A stretch of 64,000 nt of DNA from Planktothrix sp. GU0601_MAG3 (GTDB taxonomy: Bacteria > Cyanobacteriota > Cyanobacteriia > Cyanobacteriales > Microcoleaceae). The DNA lies in contig CP136572.1 in NCBI GenBank assembly GCA_035193785.1, forward strand, positions 2,292,578-2,356,577. Direction: 5' to 3'. This document shows, in pieces, positions 23,999 to 35,333 of this stretch. The translations under genes were made by a program, and so were the position numbers. Position 1 is the stretch's first letter. Each line of letters begins with the position of its first letter. The notes beneath the pieces are model-generated. The model was not told the origin of the DNA. It made no database searches and was given only the letters and a program-made list of their open reading frames with translations.

Positions 23999-26406
23999 TT
24001 AGAAATCAATCTGCTCATCAACAACACCAGAATTAGCAATAGTTGGTAATAAGTGTTCAAACAGTTGCATCGACTGTAAACAACTATTGATTTCCGAAAC
24101 AATTTGATTGTATTCCTTAATCTTTTGATTCACTTCCGAATTAGATTTGGCATTATTTTTGATTTTCTCCTCCGCTTCCTGCTCCAAAGTTTTTTCCAAA
24201 TAAACCCGCGCTTGACTATACTGCTGCATAATCTCATCCGCTTGAATATCCGTCATGGGTAATAAATTGGTTTTGAGAGTTTGGTTAACAGTTTGACGGA
24301 AGGTTTGATGAATCGTTTTTGAGACTTTAGGCTCAAAATCTAACTTCAACAATTGACGGATAGCGGGTTTCAGCATCAACTATTGCTTTAACATCATAAC
24401 TGGATGAGGTTTGTAATAGAGTTTGGCGAAATTGATAAATTGAAAATGTGCCTTCATCATAGAATTTAGGGCTTTCTCGCACATAGCGATCGCATTCAGT
24501 TTTGGCCATCGCAGTTAATGCTTGATTCACTTCTGTTTCTAACTCTTTTAAGCGTTTTTCTAAACCCCCATCATTCCCTAATAAACGATTGAGTTTGCGA
24601 TAATATTCGGTTTTGCGAACTTTTTCAATTAAACGACGGAAAAAACCAGCATTCACCGATTTAACTGACTCAACCAAAATATCCTCCAATTGATTCGCTA
24701 AATAATACAAAGCTTCAACCAAAACCGCTAATAACGGTGCAGTTGCATTCCGAGGATGATTGAAAGTAGCGCGACTATAGGCTTCTTTTACAGAAAAACC
24801 ATCTAATAATTCATCTAAACGCCGCACCATCCGAGATTCTAATTGCTTGAAATCCTGTTCAAAGCTATCACATTTATTGGTGATAATCTGATTAATTTCT
24901 TCCGTAATATGATCTCGAAATTCCTGTCCCGCTTCCTGTAATTGTTGATTTAGGAGTTGTAATTCCTGGGCTTTCATCGCCTCAATTTCCCGGGGTTGAC
25001 TGTCTAAATCTATTTGAATTGATTCATAATACTTGCGTAGGGGAATACAAATATCTTCTAAATCATCGGCTAGATTTTTAAACAGTTGGGGGCGTTTTTC
25101 TTCGCTTAAATAGTAGGTGATAGCGGTGCGAAAATCCTCAATTCCGCTATCTTTAATTAACTGATCAATTAACGGCTGTCCCCAATCTGCTAAAACTCGG
25201 GTGTAGTTTTGATTCGGGGATTCATAAGCATTAAAAGTGAGTTGAAACTGGACTGGAAGTTTGCGAGAAAAGGCACAATAGTTATTAAAAGCATAGACAA
25301 ATTGGGGAGTTTCTTCTTCTCCGCCCAATCCTTTAATACTTTCGGCGAAAATACTATCTAAACCAAAGCGATCTCGTCCACTCGCGCCTTTAATTTGACT
25401 GCCATAAAACCCTAATAAGCCACTGGTTTTATAGACCCTGGTGGTATCTTTAAAGTCAGAATAAATTAGGTTATCTAACCGTTGACGTAGTTGGGGATTA
25501 TACCAGGTTTCATCAATTCGATTAAAGATATAAAAAACCCGATCACGGATACTCGGATTTTGACGAATTCGTTCTAAAAGTTCCGTTTCTTCAATGGTCA
25601 TTTCTCCCGCCGATGCAGGTTTCAAAATACAGACCACCGCCGATGTATCAGGATGCTCAATTTTGTTATAGGTTAATTGGGCATCTTTCTCTACGGGAGC
25701 ATCAATTCCAGGGGTATCTATAATTACATTTCCATCTTGTAATAGGGGATGATAGCAATAGTATTCAATCCGTTTTAAGACCGCGCTATTACTTCCTCGA
25801 CGGGCATAACTCGCCGATTCTTTGAGGTTGGAAAAGTTAAACTGTTCCATGGAATAGGTCGCGTTATTTAGGGTTTGAATGCGATCGCGATTTTCGGTAA
25901 ATCCCTTGATTAATAAATCTAACGCTTTAGCTTGTTTTGCCCGTTCCGATTTATTCACTCCTCCTTCTTGCTGAATAATTTTTTCGCATCCTTCTACTAA
26001 TATATCAATCATATCATTTCGATTGATATTAACGTTAGAAGATAACCCCAATAATTGACATAAAGTAGTGACTTGTTCCCGAATTTCGGCTTCACTTAAA
26101 AAGGTTAAAACTACCCGTTCTTGATCCGGTTTCAGCATAGTCAATATAACATTCAGTTCCAGTAGCGTGTCCCTCGGCACTATATAATAATTCCCTTTCT
26201 AAAAGGGCATTAATTAACATAGATTTTCCGGCACTAAACGCCCCCGCAAACACAATTTCAAATTTGGGAGAAATGACTTTCTTTAAGGAAGCATTAACAG
26301 CAGTAATATCCTGTTGGCGCAGGGAGGGCTCTTGATGTAGGAGCTTGACTAAACTTTCAACCTGGTGTTGTAAATTTTGGCACTGGGGCGACAGTTGATG
26401 ATTCAT
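23999..26406 (-). CDS. Bacterial dynamin-like GTPase, SynDLP type (+1 breaks at 26129 and 24367)
   Basis: G1 GAFSAGKS, G2 HATG, G3 DTPG, G4 NRID and an HPRN loop. Three ORFs join as YAEPDQERVV and DAEPAIRQLL. Confidence 0.92.
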
Positions 26407-26643
26407 AGATAAAACTTTACTTTTGCTGAAAATTATCTCACTTTAGATTATCCCTGATCGAATATGACTTCGGGATTAAATTTTACTTTAATTTACAATT
26501 CCAGTGTTAATCAGGTTCCCATTTTAGTTAACTTAGGTAAATCACAGAAAGTATGCTATAATTAAATGCCAATTTAGTTGATATACTGGTACATCTTCAC
26601 TTGAACAATAAACCTTACTATTCTTTGTTTTCTGTTATAAAAT

Positions 26644-27543
26644 ATGGACAGTTTAACAACAGCATCAACCCCTCAAGATATTAATGTGACGATACTCCTT
26701 TTGGGAGGTTATCAATATCAAATCACCTTACCCTCAAATTCTCCCCTACTCTTAAATTTATTAAATGCCGTGGTTCATCCCACCGAAAAAAATCAGGATG
26801 AACAGCCGAAACTGTTTCAAATTCCGATGAATGGACAGCAACAAGCCCTATGGTTTTCTAGTAATTCTTTAGTCGGAGTAATTACCGAACCGCCGATTTT
26901 TATTAAAGCGCATACTCCCGTAATTCCTGCTACGCCCCAAGGGGAAATTTTTAAAATTAAATATTGGCAAATTGATAATTTTTTATCTCCAGAAGACCAT
27001 CAAAAAATCCTGAATTATGCTTTAGAACAGGAGCAGCAATTCCAATTAACTGGCCCAGCCACCAACACATCAGACTATCCTGAACATCGGGATTCTTTGG
27101 TTCTCTATTATTCTCCAGATTTTGGCGATATGATTATAAATCGAGTTAAAGCGGTGTTCTGGAAAGTCTTAGAAAAACTCGATATTCCCCCGTTTCCTAT
27201 TACCCATATTGATGCCCAACTCACCGCCCATAACCACGGTCATTATTTCCGAACTCATAATGATAATGGTTCGGCTAGGGATGAGTCCCGAATGTTAACT
27301 TATGTTTATTATTTCTATCAGGAACCCAAGGTATTTACTGGAGGAGAATTATTAATTTATGATACCCAATGGCAAGGTCAATATGCCTATTCTAAATTAG
27401 AACACTTTCAAGCTATTGAACCTTTGAATAATCGAATTGTCTTTTTTTATAGTGGTTTAATGCACGAAGTTCTACCTGTTGATTGTCCCTCTAAACAGTT
27501 TAAAGATAGTCGATTTACGGTTAATGGTTGGGTGAGGAAATAG
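26644..27543 (+). CDS. 2OG-Fe(II) oxygenase, prolyl-hydroxylase-like
   Basis: HxD (THND), GGELLIY, HEV and RFTVNGW motifs. Confidence 0.9.
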   Translation: MDSLTTASTPQDINVTILLLGGYQYQITLPSNSPLLLNLLNAVVHPTEKNQDEQPKLFQIPMNGQQQALWFSSNSLVGVITEPPIFIKAHTPVIPATPQGEIFKIKYWQIDNFLSPEDHQKILNYALEQEQQFQLTGPATNTSDYPEHRDSLVLYYSPDFGDMIINRVKAVFWKVLEKLDIPPFPITHIDAQLTAHNHGHYFRTHNDNGSARDESRMLTYVYYFYQEPKVFTGGELLIYDTQWQGQYAYSKLEHFQAIEPLNNRIVFFYSGLMHEVLPVDCPSKQFKDSRFTVNGWVRK

Positions 27544-27544
27544 G

Positions 27545-27840
27545 GAATAGGTAATGGGTAATGGGTAATGGGTAATGGGTAATGGGTAATAGGTAATAGG
27601 TATTGGGTGAACTTAATGCCAAAAGCCCGGAAATAAATTTCCGGCTGTAGAGACGTGCCATGGCGCGTCTCTGCGTTATCTAAAGATGACTCAAGATTGA
27701 TCTTTCTTAACCCGTTTTAACGGGTTTGAGCTTTTAGCCCGAAATTTATTTCCGGGTGCTAAAGTTCGGGCTATAGAGACGTGCCATGAGAGAGACGCGC
27801 CATGGCACGTCTCTACATCGAAATTTATTTCCGGGTGCTG
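27545..27840. repeat. Repeat cluster: (GGTAATG)n, GTAGAGACGTGCCATGGCGCGTCTCT REP-like palindromes and CCGGAAATAAATTTC units
   Basis: Directly visible. The same GTAGAGAC palindrome occurs at 39124-39151. Confidence 0.85.
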
Positions 27841-27841
27841 C

Positions 27842-28889
<1,048 letters not shown>

Positions 28890-29041
28890 TTAATTATCCC
28901 ATTAGGGCGGGTTCTGGATGTCCCTAATTTGTTAATAAATGTAACGTTTTTAAAAAAATAGCGATCTCCATCGCCACTACAACTGTCTAGCCGGCAAATC
29001 GCCTACAATAATTATTAGAGTCTATATACCATTTTTTATTT

Positions 29042-31152
29042 ATGATTAGCAACCTATATATTACTAGCATTGAACCCGATAGCGGTAAATCCTTAATTCT
29101 GTTAGGAATCATGGAATTACTCTCGAAACGCATCCGACGGTTAGGATTTTTCCGGCCAATCATTCAGGCGGGAATTAAACCGGATAATGATATTGAGCTA
29201 ATTCGTAGTCGCTATCATTTGGAGTTTCCCTATCAAAATTATTATGGTGTTACCCATGAGGAAACCCGAACTTTAATTGCGGAAGGACAGTTTGAAGAAA
29301 TCCTGAAACGGATTATTGAGAAATATAAGATTTTAGAAGCAAAATGTGATTTTATTGTCTGTGAAGGTACGGATTTTACCGATATTATTTCCGCCTTTGA
29401 ATTTAACTTTAATGCCGAAATTGCCCATCAACTCGATGCACCGATTTTATTGGTGGCGAATGGACAGGGGAAAAGCCAAGAGGAGGTAATTAGTAGTGTA
29501 AAAAGTGAACGGGAAGCCTTTATAGAAAAGGATTTAACCCTGATAGCAACAATGGTTAATCGGATTTCTTCAGAACAATTTTTATCCATTTCCCAGGAAT
29601 TAGAACAGATTTGGTCTTATGATGATCCCGTATTTGTTTTACCTGAAATAGAATCCCTAGCCAAACCAACCGTTGGGGAAATTGTGGCGGCTCTTGAGGC
29701 TAAATTTGTCCATGGAGATCCCGAACAATTAAAACAGGAAGTGCTATCTTTTAAAGTGGCAGCGATGCACGTTCCTAATTTTCTCTATCATATTCGAGAA
29801 GGTTGTTTAATTATTACCCCAGGTGATCGGGCTGATATTATTCTAGCTTGTTTAGCGTCGGCTTTTTCAGAAACCTATCCCAATATTGCCGGAATTATTT
29901 TAACTGGGGGGTTTGAAACTGCCTCCCTCCTTGCAAAAACTAATTCAAGGGTTTAAAAAATGGACAGTACCGATGTTTATGGTAGAAACCGATACCTATA
30001 GTACCGCAACCATAATCAACCATATTCACTCAAAAATTACCCCCGATAATGAACGAAAAATTGCCTCAGCTTTAGGACTGTTTGAAAACCATATTGATAC
30101 ATCTAAAATTGAAAAACGGATTTCTCTATCCCGTTCTTCCCATATTACTCCGATTATGTTCGAGTACGAACTGGTCGCCCGGGCGAAAACAAGACGTCAA
30201 CATATTGTTCTACCCGAAGGCACAGAAGAACGGATTTTAAAAGCCACTGAAATTCTATTAAGACGGGGAATTGTCGATATTACCCTATTAGGAAATCCCC
30301 AAGAAATTCGAGAAAAAGCAATTTCACTGGGATTAAAGTTAGAGGGAGTTAATATTATTAATCCCATGACCTCCCCCTGGCATGAAGACTATGCTCAAAC
30401 CTATTATCAACTGCGACAACATAAGGGAATTACGCAAGATTGTGCCTTAGATGTGATGCACGATTTAAGTTATTTTGGCACGATGATGGTTTATAAAGGC
30501 ATGGCCGATGGCATGGTTTCTGGGGCCGTTCATACCACCGGACATACGATTCGTCCCGCCTTAGAATTTATTAAAACTCAACCGGGATGTTCGATTGTTT
30601 CTAGTGTGTTTTTTATGTGTTTAGAAGACCGGGTTTTGGTCTATGGAGATTGTGCGGTAAATCCCAATCCTAACCCCCAACAATTAGGCGATATTGCGAT
30701 TAGTTCTGCCCTCACCGCCGAACAATTTGGAGTTGAAACCCTTAGTGGCGATGTTATCCTATTCCACCGGAGAATCAGGACAGGGAAAAGATGTAGATAA
30801 GGTGCGAGAAGCCACCATCATTGCCCGGAAATTACGCCCCGATTTAAAAATAGAAGGCCCCATCCAATACGATGCGGCCGTTGATGAAGATGTGGCTAAA
30901 ACCAAACTACCAGGAAGTGAAGTTGCCGGACACGCAACGGTATTTATTTTCCCGGATTTAAACACCGGAAATAATACTTATAAAGCCGTACAAAGGTCTG
31001 CAAATGCCGTTGCCATTGGCCCGGTTTTACAAGGATTAAATAAACCCGTTAATGATTTGAGTCGGGGCTGTACAATTACCGATATTGTGAATACCGTTGC
31101 AATTACCGCTATTCAAGCCCAGTCCATTGAATTAAAACTCATTAAGCCCTAA
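29042..31152 (+). CDS. pta: Phosphate acetyltransferase, long form with DRTGG domain (+1 breaks at 29915 and 30735)
   Basis: [30 protein letters not shown] and PVNDLSRG motifs. Confidence 0.96.
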
Positions 31153-32610
31153 TTATTTGACCTAGTTGGAATCAAATCACTAAACAATCGGTACAATGTA
31201 AAGGCATTCTGAATCGGCTGTAACAGTGAAGAACCGCTATCACCCAATTTAGTTACAAAAGACCGACGGACAATAATCACATCATTATTCTGTAATACAG
31301 GATTATTCTCCTGGGCATTCCCCAATGTAAAATCTATATCAATTGTTCTCCGAGTTACTGAACCATTGGGATTTAGTCGAATCAGTTCCACGGAACTTTG
31401 ATTGGCGCGGCTGTTATCAAACCCTCCCGCCGATAATAAGGCTTGATTCAAAGGACGATTAGGGGGAATTTGAAGTACACCAGGATTTTTGACTTCCCCG
31501 ACCACATTCACGAAAATGTTGGCGGGTGAAAAGCTGGCGGAAGCGATTTTTTGTAAATCGACCGTGGCAATATTAGTAGCCGTCGGGACAATTACCGTAT
31601 CCCCTTCTTGTAAAAATATATCTTGGTTGATATCTCCCGATTGCAACAGTTCCCAAAGATTGATTTTTGTAGTTTGTACCCCGGTTTTAGTTATCCGTTG
31701 AATTTCAATATGGCGAATATCGGCTACATTGGTAATCCCTCCCGCCGTTTGTAACGCCCGGGTGACCGTGGGTAAATTGATTCTGACGGCTGTTGTGGTG
31801 GTTCCAGAAACCGGCCGTATCGGTTCCACTGGCTTCCGAACTTAAGGAATAGGCCCCCGGACGAAAGACCGCCCCGACCACTACCACCTGAATCGATTGG
31901 CTGGCAGACCCGGCTAAACTAGAAGAAGCGATTTGGCGCATTTGTTCGGTGTTAAAACCCGTCATCGTGGGAATAAAAATACTGTCCCCGTCCCTAAGAA
32001 TCGGGTCTTGCTTTAAGTTTCCCTCGGTTAATAATTCCCCTAAATTTAAAGTAATAACGGGTTGTTGTGGGCTAGTCCGTCGGAGTTGAACTAAATTCAA
32101 ATCCGCCGCTTGAGTTAGACCGCCAGCGATTTTGATGGCTTGGGTTAGTCGAGCAAATTGTTGATCTGCTGCTAGAGTATAGGAACCTGGACGATAGACT
32201 TCTCCGGCGATCGCAATCTGTACCGGACGAGGTACAGTTAAATTGACGGTAATCACTGGTTGTCGGAGTATGGTTGAATAGAGTCGAGTGATCAATTTTT
32301 GAGTTTCCACCAGGGTCAAACCCACCACCGGGACAGGCCCAATCCCTTGAAGACTAATGGTTCCATCGGCGAGAACCGATTGTTCGCCCCCATATCGTTC
32401 TACCCCAAAAACATCCACGCGAATTCTATCCCCCACTCCTAAGAGATATGGAAAATCCCGCACTTGGTTAACCGTGACGGGTTGCCTTTTGGGTAGGAGA
32501 GGACTGATTAGGGTAGTATTTTGGGCTTTAACCGGGAAGGCGGAAATTAGGGGAATTCCTACAAGCAAAGTTAGGTGAGTCAAAAAATAACTAATACAGC
32601 GAACAGACAT
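31149..32610 (-). CDS. Polysaccharide export protein (Wza/OPX family, SLBB repeats; +1 break at 31807)
   Basis: [17 protein letters not shown] domain and repeated GEVxxPG / LxDGDxIxIP motifs. Confidence 0.9.
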
Positions 32611-32821
32611 AAAATTATAAAATTAATACAGGTTATCCACCAGAGTCCTTATTCATCTATTCTAGCTAACAATTGTGAACCCTTCAAAATCCAGACCTGA
32701 AGGCCCCCTCAGAAGTCACATTGAATAATTAATTAATACCCTCGGATTGCGGAAAAACTAATCCAATTATTTCAAAGGAGTTGCCAAGACAGAAAAGCTA
32801 TGTTATATTGATAAGTTGTGC

Positions 32822-32893
<72 letters not shown>

Positions 32894-33180
32894 TTTAGAT
32901 TTGATGAACCTTAAACCCCTCAGTGCAAAGCAATTGCGCTACCAATGCGTACAGTGTGTTCATGATCTGGTGTACGCGATTTGTGCCTGTAGCCCAAAAA
33001 TCTAACAATTTATCATTGACTTACTAGGAACGAATTGGGGGTAAAGAGAAGGCGAAAAAAGTATTTTCAGGTGGACTGGAAGCATTGATTGAAGATATAA
33101 ACAGTGCTATCGTCGCTTCAATCCTAATATTTCTAATTATTGCCTAACAAAGTTTTGAGAGTTTTTATGGGAGAAGCATT

Positions 33181-34450
33181 ATGACTATCCTTTCAAGATT
33201 ATCTGGTATTAATACAGAAAATTATAAGAAGCTAGAATATCTTTTAAAAAGGGGCAATTGGGAAGAAGCTGATAGTGAAACGGCTAGATTAATGCTTCTA
33301 ATAGGGACTGATAAAAAGAGAGAAATTCCGTATCTTAATCAAGAAGAGATTAAAAAATTTTCCTATCCTGACTTATTGGCAATTAATGTATTGTGGGATT
33401 ATTATAGTGACGACAATAAATTTGGATTTACACGTCAAGCTTCTTTATGGGATGTAATTATTGAAAATAAACACAAAAAACAACACTTTCCTGCTTTTTT
33501 TGATTTAATTTGTGGATACTTTAAGTGGGTGGTTTTTCAAGAAAATAAATTAATTATTAACTCTTTAGAGAATGTAGAGCAATCTAACAAATTTCTTCCT
33601 CGCTGGACTTTAGCAATAATTCTAACAGGCCCAAGAACTTCTGATGTTGTGTGGACACCTGGATTAAAGGGGCTTGAGATTTTGAATAGTTCTATACAAA
33701 TTTTGGGAACAGGCAGTTCTTTAAAAATGATTAATGCTTTCCTGACTTTTGAAGATAGAGAAATTAATATTCTTAAAGATTTTTTTTCACTTGTAGGCAA
33801 TTCCAAGTTAAATGAAGAAACTATTAAGATAGTTCATAATATAGGTTCCAGCCAATTAGATCAAAAGCTGTATAAAGAATTTCCAAATATAAAAAATTCT
33901 TCCAATATTTCAGAAGATGAGAGTATTGAATCCAAAGATAAAAGTATTGAATCCACTAAGTCAGAAATTGAATCTATAGGTGAAACAGCTTGATGAGGCA
34001 GGAGACTTTACACCAACAAACCGAGAGGAAACAAGAAAGCGAATATCACGGTGGATCGCTCAACGACGAGGACAGCCAAAGTTCCGCAAAGAATTGCTTG
34101 AGGCTTACAACTATCGCTGCGCTATTACTGGCTGCAACGCAGAAGAAGCCCTAGAAGCTGCTCATATCATTCCTTACTGCGAAACTGAAGATAATGCTAT
34201 CTACAATGGTTTGCTCTTACGCGCTGACATACATACACTTTTTGACCTTAACCTGATTGCTATAGCTCCAGGTGATAACTATCCAGAGGATGTAGAGAAC
34301 CTTACCATACAAGTTGCGCCCAGCTTGCGGCAAACCTCTTACGGTGAATTACATAATAATCCAATAAAACACGTTCCCAATAATAAATCTGACCTACCTG
34401 ATAAAGATTCTCTTTTATCGCGTTGCCAACAGTGTAGTTGGTTTATATAA
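33181..34450 (+). CDS. GUN4-like domain fused to an HNH_2-type endonuclease (+1 break at GAAAC 33982)
   Basis: N-terminus YKKLEYLLKRGNWEEADSET...LWDYYSDDNKFGFTRQ is GUN4-like. C-terminus RRGQPKFRKELLEAYNYRCAITG...LEAAHIIPY...NGLLLRADIHTLFD is HNH. The repaired junction reads SIGEQLDEAGDF. Confidence 0.8.
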
Positions 34451-34540
34451 AACAAAACCTATTATGCAAATAATTTTGTGTAGGTACTTATTAATAGCGA
34501 TCGCTGATCAGAGTTATTCGTGGGATTACGGAGATTAAAT

Positions 34541-34624
34541 TATAGCAGGGAACAGGGAGGAAAAGACTTGAACGTCTAGTTTTTAGCATCACTCTTTGTC
34601 CTAATAGGTCTGGCTACTGCTATA
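34541..34624. mobile_element. Putative 84-bp MITE with terminal inverted repeats TATAGCAG...CTGCTATA
   Basis: Perfect 8-bp inverted ends. A shorter related unit occurs at about 19655-19697. Confidence 0.55.
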
Positions 34625-34869
34625 ACTGGACATACTGCTGACTTACAAATGGCCTTTATTCAATTTTTAGCCTTGGGTCTATTTTGGCTGAAAACAAGTA
34701 ACAACAAGCCCGTTCTTCCTTTTTCCCGAATTCCTAAGACATCTTTACAAAACAGTTAAATATTTTAAATAGTTTGTAAAAAAAACTCTAAAGTACCTGG
34801 ATTAAGTTGCTAATATCAAAGCTATATTCGTAAGATGTAAGATATTGTTTAGTTTAGTAGGAATAAGTT

Positions 34870-35073
34870 ATGGCTTTGTTTGAGACTCTGGTAGCTGCTG
34901 TATCTCCTGTTATTGCTCATGAATGTATTCAGGAACATAAGGAAGATATTCGGAAGGTAGTAGATGACACTGTAAAAACTGCTAGCCAGGTTTGTGAGGA
35001 AGGTTGGCAAAGAGATCGTGATTCGGGTGGAATATCTTCTTGGGGAAAAGAATCTGAAACTGCAACTGCTTAG
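34870..35073 (+). CDS. Small hypothetical protein (67 aa)
   Basis: ATG preceded by an AGGA-type RBS, in an otherwise empty AT-rich spacer. Confidence 0.55.
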   Translation: MALFETLVAAVSPVIAHECIQEHKEDIRKVVDDTVKTASQVCEEGWQRDRDSGGISSWGKESETATA

Positions 35074-35333
35074 ATCTAATCTATTGAATCTTTTATAAAT
35101 CTAATCCATGCCCCTTTTAACAAGGGGGCTAAATTTTTTATAAATGATTGAATTAGGCGATCACACCCATGTTCCCCCGTTGTCAAATAATTGGTTTCGG
35201 CGAAAGCGTCCTAAAAAATGGCTAAAAGCGACAAATAATCTGTAAATCACAAAGCGAAGGGTCTTTCTCTAAAAAAATGCTATAATGCTGATTATTAAAG
35301 GGTTTTATTCCTATTTTTTAAAGCGATATTAAT

